Assembly (NCBI GenBank): GCA_030390025.1
Contig: CM059431.1
Coordinates: 103,480,001 to 103,544,000, forward strand
Direction: 5' to 3'
From: Squalus acanthias
Taxonomy: Eukaryota
DNA length: 64,000 nt
The notes below the pieces were generated by a model, which was not told the DNA's origin, ran no database searches, and saw only the letters and a list, made by a program, of their open reading frames with translations. Within the stretch, counting starts at the first letter, position 1. The number at the start of each line of letters is the position of its first letter. The position numbers and the translations under genes were made by a program. This document shows positions 49,586 through 62,149 of this stretch, piece by piece.

Positions 49586-50680
49586 GTAAGTGTTTCAGTC
49601 CATGGTAAGATTTGCTGTCCATGGTGAGATTGCTGTTTATGGTTAGAGATGTTGATCATGGTAAGTGTTGCTGTCCATGGTAAGAGATATTCTTCATGGT
49701 AAGTGTTGCTGTCCATGGTAAGAGATATTCTTCATGGTAAGTGTTGCTGTCCATGGTAAGAGATATTCTTCATGGTAAGTGTTGCTGTCCATGGTAAGAG
49801 ATATTCTTCATGGTAAGTGTCGCTGTCCATGGTAAGAGATATTCTTCATGGTAAGTGTTGCTGTCCATGGTAAGAGATATTCTTCATGGTAAGATTGGGT
49901 GACCGCTTTGCGGAACACCTCCGTTCAGTCCGTAAGGGGGACCCCGAGCTCCCGGTCACCTGTCACTTTAATTCACCGCTTCACTCCCACTCTGACCTCA
50001 CCGTCCTCGGCCTATTACACTCTTCCACGGAAGCGCAGCGTAAGCTCGAGGAACAGCACCTCATCTTTCGTTTAGGCACGCTACAGCCCTCTGGACTCAA
50101 TATCGAGTTCAACAATTTTAGATCATAACCTCAGCCCCAATCACATTTATATTTTATTTTTTCATCCACCCTTTTGTTTGCCCCCCCCCTTTTTTTCCCT
50201 CCTAGAAGCTGGCAGCTGTCCTTCATTCTGCCAGTGCATTTCACACTTCTTTCAGCCTTAACCTGTCACATTAACACCACCTCTTGCCTTGAATATCTCT
50301 TAATGTCTCTTAATGTCTCCTTTTGTTCTTTCATCCCCTCCCCCTTTTCCCAGCTTTATCCTTGCCTTAAATCTATTCCATTTCCTGCTATTTCCAGTTC
50401 TGACGAAAGGTCTTCGACCTGAAATGTTAACTCTGTTTCTCTCTCCACGGATGCTGCCTCGCCTGCTGAGTTTTTCCAGCGTTTTCTGTTGTTATTTCTT
50501 CATGGTAAGTGTTGCTGTCCATGGTAGGAGATATTCTTCATGGTAAGTGTTGCTGTCCATGTTAGGAGATATTCTTCATGGTAAGTGTTGCTTTCCATGG
50601 TAAGGGATATTCTTCATGGTAAGACCACTGTCAATGGTAAGATTTACTGTCTATGATAAATGTTGCTGTCCATGGTAAGA
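49576..50680. repeat. 19/38-bp dimeric minisatellite interrupted by a Penelope-like element
   Basis: (CATGGTAAGTGTTGCTGTC CATGGTAAGAGATATTCTT) x6 at 49657-49884, with degenerate units on both sides. Confidence 0.93.
49894..50497 (+). mobile_element. Penelope-like element 3' fragment (second family)
   Basis: GIY-YIG C-terminus RLGDRFAEHLRSV...PVTCHFNS...RKLEEQHLIFRLGTLQPSGLN, followed by a terminal repeat with a hammerhead-like core at 50396-50432. Confidence 0.88.
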
Positions 50681-50691
50681 TCGGAGGAATA

Positions 50692-50826
50692 GGTTCTGAT
50701 GAAAGGTCATCGCCCTGAAATGCTAACTCTGCTTCTCTCTCCACAGATGCTGCCTGACCTGCTGAGTATCTCTAGGATTCTCTATTTTTATTTCAGATTT
50801 CCAGCCTCCGCAGTATTCGACTTTTG
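50692..50826 (+). mobile_element. Penelope-like terminal-repeat fragment
   Basis: CTGATGAAAGGTCATCGCCCTGAAA plus downstream repeat. Confidence 0.72.
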
Positions 50827-51628
50827 GAAGAAATCCATATCCAAGATAGAAATCTATACTGATTGAACAGTATCAGTATGGGGTAAGCTAGATATGAGAT
50901 TCAGAACACAAGAATAGGAACAGGGAAAGATCATTTAGCCCATCTTGCTTGCCAAAACATTCGGGCTTAAAAAGCACAGATTTATTCATTAAGAAAACAC
51001 ACCTGAAAAAGTAGATATGATCCAAATAGTGGAGTAATGGTGCAGGGGGTTGGAAACGCAGTAAGTGTAACTTGTTGCACTTTCTGGTGGAAAATTCGGT
51101 GAAGAGGTTTTTAACTTGCAGAATCTACCTCATGCCAAAGTACACAGTTGTTCTTGAACCGATTGGTTGTAGCAGCATTCCCCAAGCACCAGATTTTTGC
51201 TGACTACTGATTTTGACATTAATTTGGAGGCATGCCACCACAAATTATAACGCACTTGCCATTCAATAAACTTAGCCCCTCTGCAAATTGCCACTTAGTG
51301 GTGAATTGAATTACATGGGCCTCCAATTGCAGTTAATTCCCTGTGAGTGGTATAAACTCTACACTGTGTTTCCCACTGAATTTCTCTGTGACAATATCGC
51401 TCTGTATTGTTAACTGCAAAGAAAACCGTGGACTGGAAGATGCAGGCAAGCCCGGCCGAAAATGGTCCAGCTGGAATAAAATGACATGGCATTTATTCAA
51501 CGCAATTAATTAAATAAACAGAGAATTGTGCGATTCGACAATAAATTAAATTAAAATATGATTTGAATCTGACCTGAGAAGAGGGAACGATGGCACTGAG
51601 ATCTTATATCGGGCTTCAAATATTCATA

Positions 51629-51790
51629 CAAAAGCAAAATACGGCGGATGCTGGAAATATGAAATAAAAACAGAAAATGCTGGAAACGCTCGGCAGGTCA
51701 GGCAGCATCTGTGGAGAGAGAGAGAACAGAGTTAAACGTTTCAGGTCGGTGACCTATCGTCAGAACTGGAAAAGGTTAGCGATGTATTCA
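51629..51790 (-). mobile_element. Penelope-like terminal-repeat fragment with intact hammerhead core (51730-51767)
   Basis: AGUU-CUGACGA-U-AGGUC-ACC-GACCU-GAAA-CG-UU-U-AACU. Flanking repeat CAAATATTCATAC. Confidence 0.75.
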
Positions 51791-52687
51791 TACCAGTCAA
51801 ATATTCATACCAGTTCTGTCTCCATCATGATTTAAGGTAAACCCCCTTTGCACATTCCTGCCATGTGACCACCTCCACAACCAAGGTCCTTCCCCATGAA
51901 AACCAAGGCAGTCCAACGTCTTCAAATATTCACAACCGTCTGACTAATTTAATTTAAAGTGTACAGGACTGGATGATGTCTTCCACCAGAAATCCCACCA
52001 GGCTTGTCCCCACTTCTGTTGACCTCATCCACACCCTTCACCACCTTGAGGATGGACCTCTGAAATGCTCTCTTCGCTGCCCCCTTCCACCCCCCGCAGC
52101 CCCACCGCCCTCCACCCTTGTGATGAGGTTGCAGTTTCATTTTAAGAGAATTAGTTAAGAGTCAGATACGTATACTCCAAACAACTGTTAGATTCTTTGT
52201 AAGCCTGTCGGTTGCAAGACGTAGTGAAATAGCATTTAGGTTCTGCTTACCACAAAATGACGAGCCTTCCGCAGCCATATAACAAACCTTTAAAACTCCA
52301 ACTAATCCACAACCCTATAGCCGGAGAGTTTTCCCACACAAGCTCCTCACAACCATCATGCTCCTCCTCGGCCACTTCCACTGGCTCCCTACATAATTCC
52401 CCAGCAAATCGATTTCAAGATCCTAGTCCTTGTTTTCCAACCTGCGAAATCCTTTTCAATGGTACATTCCACCCTGCAGCCTCCATTCCTCTGTGTCTGG
52501 ACTACCGCCCCCTCTATTTTACTCACTACACCCCTACTTTCTGGAACTCTTTCTCTTAACTACTTAACTGCCCCCCATTGTGTCTTTTTTTAATCACTTT
52601 AACTGACCAATTTTATTTTAAATGTTACGCGCTTGTAGACCTAATCCTGTGCCTGGCATCTGCTGCAAAATGTGCTTTACCTGGCGA

Positions 52688-53093
52688 GACTAGAGAAGCT
52701 GGGATTGTTCTCCTTAGAGCAGAGAAGGTTAAAGGGAGATTTAATAGAGGCATTCAAAATTACGAGGGGCTTTGAAAGGGAGAAACTTTCCACTAGCAGG
52801 CGGGCCAGTAACCAAAGGACACGGATGAAAAATAATTGGCCAGAAAAGGAGAAATGTTTTAACGCAGCGAGTTGTTGTGATCGGGAATGCGCTGCCTGAA
52901 ATGGCGGTGGAAGCAGATTCAATAGTAACTTTCAAAAGGGAATTGTGGCTCTACTTAAAACGGAAAAATTTGCAGGGCTACGGGGAAAGAGCAGGGGGGA
53001 GTGGGGCTAATTGGAGAGCTCTTTCAAAGAGCCGGCACAGGCACGATGGGCCGAATGGCCTCCTTCTGCGATGTATGATTCTATATCTCTATT
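52688..53093 (+). mobile_element. CR1 3' fragment
   Basis: RLEKLGLFSLEQRRLKGDLIE plus tail. Confidence 0.85.
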
Positions 53094-53647
53094 GATAAAA
53101 GAATATATTTGAAACATAGTCTTAAATTGGCATTGGACAAGTACCTTGGATACAAATATGTTTTCACCAATGCAAGCAAATTGTTTTTTTTTAGATATTC
53201 CTTTAACTGTCAGGCCATGAAATTACTCAGGAAGTTAGGATAACGTATGAGAAGAGAACTAACACCCAATCAACGCTACCTCCAGTAGAATTTCTACATT
53301 ACTTTTCCACGCATGTTTGTTTACATGTTCTCACTGTTCCATATATGGTTGCTTACACGTCGAACCACGCAAAAGTTCAGAGCAAAAACGATCCAAAAAA
53401 AGAATAAGGCCTGGAAATTACTCTGCGGGACTCTCGTCCTGTTGCCCCGTGATCAGCTCGCAATTTTGCGGTGCACAAAGATTCCGAGCGGAGGGATGAC
53501 GGAAAGAAATCTTACAAACGGGGGGGGGGGGGGGGGGGGGCCGCGAGATGCCTCGCTCCTGCAAATTCTGGGCAATGTTTGTTACATGACATATAATATC
53601 ATATCCTGCGGTTAACCACCAGCAATGCCACAGAGGACCTGCCAGTG

Positions 53648-55020
53648 TCTTCTTCTTAGGCAGTCCCTCGGAACCGAGGATGACTTGCTTCCACACTAAA
53701 TATGAGTTCTCAGGTGACTGATGAGTCCAATGCAGGACCTACAGGGCTGGATTTTCATAGGGCCGTGGAGGCGGGTTTGGAGGCATGTGGGGGGTTAAAA
53801 TTGCAAAAAGTGGCGGGCGGACCTGATCCCGCCTCCATTCCGCCTCCACGCAATTTTGATGAAATCGTGTGCGGTGTTCCCGACTCCGTCCCGCCTCCAA
53901 GAGGCGGGAGAGGCCATTAAAGCCCTTAACAAGCCCTAAATTGGCTCTGTAATGCCATTTTGAAACGTTTTAGCTAGTTTAACCCTTTTCCGACGTGAAG
54001 CACGCCTGATGTGAAACACGCCAGTGAAACCTGGCGGGAGCACAAGTGGATAGCTGACTATCAGCTGCAGGTCCACTATTACAACAGAGATGAGATGAAG
54101 GTAGTAGTAGTATTAGGTCTGAAGTATTAGGTCTGAAAGTCGCCTCTGATGCTGCTGCATTGAATGTCTTCAGAGACTGCCTGACCTTTGCTGTGAGAGG
54201 ATCTGGATGCAAAAAAAATTCTCTCTCTCTCTCTCTCTGAGCTGCTGCTCATTTTGCATCCAGGTCCTCTCACAGCAAAGGCCAGGCAGTCTTTGCAGAC
54301 CTTCAATGCAGCAGCAATGATGACATCATCAGAGGCGACTTTCAGACTGAAAACACTAATTGGTTCATGGGTTCCCACATGCTGGAACTCAATTGCCCAA
54401 TTAGGTGAAAATTGCATCAATCTCCCACATCCAATTGCAGTCGGGTGGATAACACGAAATGCGGATGACACGACCTCAACCCGCCCCAGTATCAAAATCC
54501 AGCCCACAGTCTCTGTCACAGGTGGGGCAGACGGTGGTTGAAGGGGCGGGTGGATGGGGTGCTTGGGTTGACGTGCGCTCCTTGCGCTGTTTGCACTTGG
54601 CTTCCGCTTGCTCCCGGCGAAGAGACTCGAGGTGTTTGGCGCCTTCCCGGATGCTTCTCCTCCACTTTGTGCGGTCTTGGTCCAGGGATTCCCAGGTGTC
54701 AGTGGGGATGTTGCACTTTTTCAAGGAGGCTTTGAGGGTGTCCTTGAAGCGTTTCCTCTGCTCACCTGGGGCTCTCTTGCCGTGTCGGAGCTCCGAGTAG
54801 AGCGCTTGTTTTGGGAGTCTCGTATCGGGCATACGGACGATGCGGCCCGTCCATCGGAGCGATCGAGCGTGGTCAAAGCTTCGATGCTGGGGATGTTGGC
54901 CTGAGCGAGAACACTGACGTTGGTGCGCCTATCCTGCCAATGGATTTGCAGGATCTTGCGGAGGCAGCGTTGGCGGTACCTCTCCAGTGCTTTGAGGTGC
55001 CTGCTGTACATGGTCTGCCA
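53648..55020 (-). mobile_element. RTE-clade LINE 3' fragment interrupted by a MITE
   Basis: RCLRKILQIHWQDRRTNVSVL, MPDTRLPKQALYSEL, CPTCDRDC|RSCIGLISHLRTH zinc finger and (GAA)n tail. Confidence 0.9.
53744..54505. mobile_element. Harbinger-type MITE (762 bp), same family as 3535-4180
   Basis: TIRs GGGCTGGATTTT / AAAATCCAGCCC with TSD ACA. Confidence 0.92.
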
Positions 55021-55749
55021 GTGATCTGCCAGTGTATACATACGTGCACAACCCGTGCTGAAAGAGTGTACAAAGAAATTCCACGCGCATTCGTTAAGCA
55101 TTTGTATGCTAACATTCCCACACCACAGCTTGTAGGCTGCAGTTTCTTTTTTCATTAGGAACTGAATTTAACTTCTCAAGTGACGCAAATTTGGGGTTAA
55201 TTTTAAAATGCTGTGAAGTTGGAATAAAGGAAAGGAAGAGAATCCATTACCAATACACCTGGGGAAAGAAAAGAATAATTGCACCTGCATACTTCTCACT
55301 GCTGTGCGTATCCATTTAGTAATTTGCCAGCATTATTGGGTGATGGGTAAGTGGTCTATTGACTGCCAAAGGCGCCAGGTTTAAAAACAATGCTGTTTAC
55401 TTACCCTGGGGCTCAGTGACACCATTACTGTGATGTGTATTCCATCCCCATACATCATTTTAACCTTCAGCAGGTTTTGTGGCCTGAAGGGACTGTTGAG
55501 GGAATATATAATAAATTGATCTTCTGAAGTATTCGGCTGAACACTCTAATGTAGTGTTGGTGAAGGACACTTAATCTATGGTGCTGTAATAGTTAACACT
55601 CACATAATACATTATGATAAACACATTTTCACTAATTCAATTACCATACATCAGTGGCCCTGATAATATATTGCATGTTGTTTAATGTAGAGCAGAATGT
55701 CCTGCAACTCACAGTGAGCAATTCTACATTAGATCTGCCATATGCATAA

Positions 55750-56440
55750 GTCATAGAGTCATAACGGCACAGAAGGAGGCCATTCGGCCCATCAAGTCCG
55801 TGCCGGCTCTCTGTAGAGCAATCCAGTCAGTTCCATTCCCCCTGCTCTATCCCCGTAGCCCTGCAAGTTTATTTCCCTCAAGTGCCTATCCAGTCTCCCC
55901 TTGAAAACATTGAGTGTCTCCGCTTCCACCACTTCCGTCGGCAGCGAGTTCCAGGTCCTCATCACTCACTGCATAAAAAAGTTATTACTCACACCCCCCT
56001 GTATCTCTTGCCCAAAACCTTAAATCTGTGTCCCCTAGTCCTTGTACCATCAACTAGTGGGAACAGCCTTTCCCCGTCTAGCCTATCCAAACCCGTCATA
56101 ATCTTGTCCACCTCTATCAAATCACCCCTCAACCTCCTTTGCTCTAATGAAAACAAATCCAGCTTGTCCAACCTGTCCTTGTAGCCAAGATTCCCCATCC
56201 CCGGAATCATTCTGGTAAATCTCCTCTGCACCCTCTCAAGGGCCTTCACATCCTTCCTAAAGTGTGGTGACCAGAACTGGACACAATACTCCAGTTGTGG
56301 CCTAACCAATGCTTTATAAAGGTTCAGCATAACTTCTCTACTTTTGTACTCAATACCTCTATTTATGAAGCCCAAGATCCCATATGCTTTGCTAATCACT
56401 CTCTCAATATGTCCTGCCATCTTCAGGGACCTATGCACAT
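55750..56440 (-). mobile_element. CR1 3' fragment
   Basis: ORF 55989..56492 ([13 protein letters not shown]). Confidence 0.9.
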
Positions 56441-56883
56441 TAAGTGTACGTGTAGACAAGACTCTTGTAGTGTTGCAACAGGAATCTGTCAAATATAATC
56501 AAAATATAAAAGGACTACGCGAATTATCTTAAAACAAAAGAAAGTGACTGAATAAGGTGACAGCCAAGCTACATTGTGGACAGGCAGCCAATTATTCTAT
56601 CTACTTCAGGATTTTACATAAGAACATAAGAAATAGGAGCAGGAGTTGGCCATTCGGCCCCTCGAGCCTGCTCCGCCATTTCATGAGATCATGGCTGATC
56701 TGATTTTGGCCTCAACTCCACTTTTCCTACCCGCTCCCCACAACCCTCGACTCCCCTGTTGCTCAACCAGTACAATTTTGCAACCAGAATGGAACTCGTT
56801 TTAAGATCTGTTTCCTGACGCACTTGGTGAAGATCACACAGTAACCAAAGGAGCTAACATTTACGCCACAGTGCAAGTACGAA

Positions 56884-57727
56884 GGGCTCGAATTTCCAAG
56901 CCCCGTGGAGGCGGGTTTGGAGGTGGGAGTGGTGGGAAAATTGCAGATTCGGGGGGCACATACCCATCCCGCCCCCAACCCGCCTTTATGCCAATGTCCC
57001 AGGAGGCGGGTACCCGACCTGTGCTGGGAGCCGCCTCCCCGAGGCGGGAAGGGGATTAGTGCCGATTAACTGCCTGTTAACAGGTAGTTAACAGGCAGTT
57101 TTTTGGCTAATCCCTATTTTTAGCCCTGAAGTGTGGGCTGCCCGACAGCTCCAAACCACGCCAAGTTAGCGAGGCGGACCGTCGGTCTGCAGGGCTTGGA
57201 GGGGTCGAGATGTCCGGTGTACAGGTGAGTGATGGGTGCATGAGTGCAGAGGTAAGTGTGTTTGGTGTGTGTAAAGTGTTTTAATAAGTTTTACTTACCT
57301 TTACTTTCTCCTCCAGGCTTCCTCCCTTCAGGTCTCGGGAGTCCCTCAGCTCACCGGCACAGAAAGCAGAATGGCCGCTGAACTGTCAAAAGCTGCAGCC
57401 TCTGCTTTCTGGTCTGGAGAGCTCTCTAACTGAGTCTGAGTAGAAGGACTCAAGTTAGAAGACAGATTGTCAGTGTTTGATAGCTTCACGGAGCTGTCAA
57501 ACGCTGATATTTCATCTGTCAAAAGCTCTTGACAGATGAAATGTCAATCGCTGACGTCACCAGTATCCAGGTGTCCCTTAATTGGCCTGCTGAGCCCGCT
57601 GGGCGGGCTCAACAAGGTCAATCAAGGGAAAGTAGCGTGGGTTGGCCACAAATTGATGGAGGCGGGACTACAACCCAAAAAGTGGGAGTCCCGCCTCCAT
57701 CACGTCCCCATTGACAAAATCCAGCCC
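56884..57727. mobile_element. Harbinger-type MITE (844 bp)
   Basis: GGGCTCGAATTT ... AAAATCCAGCCC with GAA/AAA flanks. Left end resembles 3535; right end resembles 7074. Confidence 0.75.
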
Positions 57728-58239
57728 AAAGTCCATAGTGCTGGGCCAGCGAATTGCAACAAAGCTTGTGGCCTTTTTTTTTGTCCTAGTACAAACTTTT
57801 TATCAAATGTAGGTCAACAGCTTTACTGCAGCATTCTTTCTCCTGTCAGTTATTATCCATTTGGCCGTGTGCCTATTGTGGCAGATTTCAGGTCTGGTGA
57901 TGGACAGTGTTACTGAGTCTCCAGGGTTCACAAAGAATGACTCCATTTCTCCTGAAAAACAAACCTTCTTAGTACCAGGCATTTGCCAATTCTTGACGAA
58001 ATGGAATGACAGAGCTATCCAACAAACACGCCTTAGTCCTGTCAAGGACGACATTAGCCCTACCTCCATCAGACTAAAAGGTTATTTTGACTGTTCTGTA
58101 AAGGAAAACCTTGTCCAGTAGTAAACAATGACACACCTGGGACTGTGTTACAGAATAGGTTTAACCAACTTTCCAAATCTTTGACACAATTTGAAGGTCA
58201 CTGGGAGAGCAACATCTCCAGATTCAAATATTTTACAAA

Positions 58240-58531
58240 TGATAGATTTAAGGTAATTGGCAAAAGAACCAGAGGGGGAGATGAGAATACATTTTTTTAC
58301 GCAGCGAGTTGTTGTGATCTGGAATGCGCTGCCTGAAAGGGTGGTGGAAGCAGATTCAATAGTAACTTTCAAAAGGGCATCGGATAAATACTTGAAACGG
58401 AAACATTTTCAGGGCTATGGGGGAAGAGCAGGGGGAGTGGGACTAATTGGAGAGCTCTCTCAAAGAACCGGCACAGACACGATGGACTGAACAGCCTCCT
58501 CCTGTGCTGTATCATTCTAGGATTCTATGAG
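58240..58531 (+). mobile_element. CR1 3' fragment
   Basis: FFTQRVVVIWNALPERVVEADS plus tail. Confidence 0.85.
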
Positions 58532-59274
58532 ATATAACATTGTGATTATTGAAAGGTTGATATGCATTATACAGCTTGTAATGTGTTATTTTAAAAGTTG
58601 ACAATGGTCCTTGCATTGAATAACTAAAACACTTTGCCCGCTGAGACGTCCACTTACCTGATAACAATGTTAGTCAACGTCAATGTAAATAACAGAGCAT
58701 AGGGGTCCCGAAACTGCTCCGAATAGATCGCAGAACCCTGGCATCATTGGGTAAGTCGGGTCTCCGCTGCCTTTTGCAGGGTGGGGTTTCTGGCAGTCTC
58801 CTGCTGGAGTTTCAGAGATGTGTCCAGCAGAATCCCTGTTGAATTTCAAGAGCAAAAAAAAAACAATTTGATCAAACAAGCTCACTTCCCCTTTGGACTC
58901 ATCTCAGCTCTCACCTTATTGTCCTCTCACCTACGAAAGTCAGGGAGTACGGAATGAGAAAAGGCCCATCATGAACAACAACTTGACAAAGATTATCTTA
59001 CAATTGGAAGAGGTGGAGACCAAGCAGAAAAGAAAGAGCAGCTGGTTGAAGATTGAAGTTTTTAGAAGTCTTTTGAAAGCAAGGACAAAGGCAAAATAGT
59101 TTGAAACCAGAATTCCAGAGGGCAGGCGCATAGTGATTGAAAGATCAGCCTCTAACGAGGCCACTCCTTCTATAGATTGTGTACAACCTACCCTAATTTA
59201 GTTTCTGATCTAACCATTTAATTTATTGACGGAAAGTTCGGCATAAATATTTCCTGATTCCCAAAAGTAATTGT

Positions 59275-60490
59275 TATAGAATCATAATCATACAGCATAA
59301 AAGGAAGCCATTCGGCCCATCGAGTCTACACCGGCTCTTTCGAAGAGCAATCCAGTTAGTCCCACTCCCCCGCTCTTTCCCCGTAGCCCTGCAATTTTTT
59401 CTCCTTCAAGTATTTATCCAAATCCCTTTTGAAGGCTATTATTGAATCTGTATCCACCACCCTATCAGGCAGCGCATTCCAAATCCTAACCACTCGTTGC
59501 GTAAAAGAGTTTTTCCTCATGTCGCCTCTGGTTCTTTTGCCAATCACCTTAAATCTGTGCCCTCTGGTTATTGACCCTTCAGCCATTGGATACAGTTACT
59601 CTTTATTTACTCTATCTAAACCCTTCATGATTTTAAGCACCTCTATCAAATCTCCTCTTAGCCTCCTCTGCTCTAAGGAGAACAACCCCAGCTTCACCAG
59701 TCTATCCACGTAACTCTAATCCCTCATCCCTGGAACCATTCCAGTAAATCTCTTCTGCACCCTCTCCAAAGCCTTCATGTCTTTCCTAAAGTGCGGTGCC
59801 CAGAATTGGACACAATACTCCAGCTGGGGCCGAACTAGTATTTTATAAAGGTTTAGATAACTTCCTGCCTCTATTTATAAAGCCCAGGATCCCATATACT
59901 TTATTAATTGCTTTGTTAACCTGTCCTGCCACCTTCAAAGATTTATGCACAAGCACCCCCTGGTCTCTCTGTTCTTGCACCCCCTTTAAAATTGTACCAG
60001 TTAGTGTGTATGGTCTCTCCTCATTCTTCCTACCAAAATATATAACCTCACACTTCTCTGTGTTGAACTTCAACTGCCATGTGTCCGCCCATTCCACCAA
60101 CCTGTCTATGTCTTCTTGAAGTCTATTACTATCTTCTGGGGTTTTCAGCTTCATTAGATTGATTTCTGGGATGAGAGGGTTGTCCTATGAGGAGAGATTG
60201 AGTAGATTGGGCCTATACTCTCTGGAGTTTAGAAGAATGAGAGGTGATCTCATTGAAACATATAAGATTCTGAGAGGGCTTGACAGGGTAGATGCTGAGA
60301 GGCTGTTTCCCCCGGCTGGAGAGTCTAGAACTAGGGGGCACAGTCTCAGGATAAGGGGTCGGCCATTTAGGATTGAGATGAGGAGAAATCTCATCAGTCA
60401 CAGGATTCTTTACCCCAGAGGGCTGTGGATGCTCAGTCGTTGAGCATATTCAAGGCTGAGATTGATAGATTTTTGGACTGTAAGGGAATC
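59275..60490. mobile_element. Two back-to-back CR1 3' fragments (59275-60145 minus, 60155-60490 plus)
   Basis: ORFs 59356..59586, 59843..60154 and 60159..60443. Confidence 0.88.
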
Positions 60491-60511
60491 ATAAGAACAT
60501 AAGAAATACAA

Positions 60512-60775
60512 AGCAGGCGCATGGGAACACCACCACCTGCAAGTTCCCCTCCAAGTCGCACACCATCCTGACTTGGAAATATATCGGCCATTCATTCATC
60601 ATCGCTGGGTCAAAATCCTGGAACTCCCTCCCTAACAGCACTGTGGGAGCACCTTCACCACACGGACTGCAGCGGTTCAAGAAGGTGGCTCACCGCCACC
60701 TTCTCAAGGGCAACTAGGGACGGGCAATAAATGCTGGCCTTGCCAGCGACGCCCACATCCCAGGAACGAATATAA
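60512..60775 (+). mobile_element. 3' end of another non-LTR element (CR1/L2-group, distinct tail)
   Basis: SWNSLPNSTV...LQRFKKVAHRHLLKGN* followed by AATAAA. Confidence 0.6.
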
Positions 60776-61286
60776 AGATCTTTGAATTTAGCAACCTCAG
60801 GAAGCAGGGATTATTTTGCTTGCTTAGACACTAGAATCGATGCCTGTTATTTCCTTATTGCTCTATCAGGACTCGGTTCGACAGTGCAAATTAACTGTCT
60901 TACTCCTAGGAGACACTTTTGTCTTCCAATTAAATTCAGTGAAGCATCAGTTAAAGTGATTCAGACGTAATTCAAAAGCAAGTTTTTAGTGGTGAAAGGT
61001 CAATTCTGGCCCAAATTACATTTTAATCACAGAAAACACAGAGACAGCAAAGTTACAGCTGAAGTAGGGCTTTGTTAGTATTGTAACAATGCCATGTTAA
61101 CGACAATGCTCCAATTTAGTTGGATTATCATGGGACTCGATCAGACCATTTATTCAGAGTCTAACATTGTTTCTGTGCTGTGGCAGAGAGTAAATGCCAA
61201 CAAGGCATGGTAGGGTGAGGGGACATTGTACTTTTGAGGCACCATTGTTTGGATGAGATACTAAACGCGGGTCATAGTTACATAAG

Positions 61287-62025
61287 GTAAGAACGTAAGA
61301 AATGGAAGCAGGAGTAGGCCATATGGCCACTCGAGCCTGCTGCGCCATTCAATCATGGCTGATCTTTTACCTCAACCCCACTTTCCTGCCCAAATGCCTT
61401 GATTTCCTTAGAGTCCAAAAATCTATCGATCTCAGTCTTGAATATACTCAACGACTGAGCATCCACAGCCCTCTGGGGTAGAGAATTCCAATGATTCACA
61501 ACCCTCTGAGTGAAGATATTTCTCCCCAAGTCCTAAATGGCCGACCCCCTTCTCCTGAGACTATGCCCCCTAGTTCTTGACTTTCCGGCCAGGGGAAACA
61601 TCCTCCCAGCATCTACGCTGTGAAGCCCTCTAAGAATTTTAGACGTTTCAATGAGATTCTGGCCTCTTGCACATCCCCAATTTTAATCGCTCCACCATTG
61701 ACGGCCGTGCCTTCTGTTGCCTGGGCCCTAAGCTCTGGAATTCCCTCCCTAAACCTCTCCGCCTCTCTCTCCTCCTTTAAGATGCTCCTTAAAACCTACC
61801 TCTTTGACCAAGCTTTCGGTCACCTGTCCTAATATCCTCTTACGTGGCTTGGTGTCAAATTTTGTGTCAAATTTTGTCCGATAACGCTCCTGTGAAGCGG
61901 CTTGGGATGTTTTACTACGTTAAAGATACTGTATAAATGCAAGTTGTTGTTGTTGTTGTAGTTCACCTCTCATGCTTCTAAACTCCAGAGAATAAAGGCC
62001 CATTCTACTCAATCCCTCCTCATAT
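61287..62025. mobile_element. CR1 (-) fragment with nested L2 3' end (+, ~61657-61958)
   Basis: CR1 ...TCAATGAGAT resumes as TCACCTCTCATGCTTCT after the L2 (GTT)n tail. Confidence 0.8.
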
Positions 62026-62149
62026 CTCTTTCCTTTGCAGAGCAAAGAGCATTAGCGTTTATCAAGTAGCAATGGGCTAGCCTTGTGCCAGGTGCAACAA
62101 TCCTCGAGCACCAGTAAGTGAAACGTATCTCATAGGATCATGAAGCTTC

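Noticed and set aside
49576..50680. Repeat-spacer-like array (CATGGTAAG plus variable 10 nt)
   Set aside because: Only two alternating variants, so it is a dimeric minisatellite.
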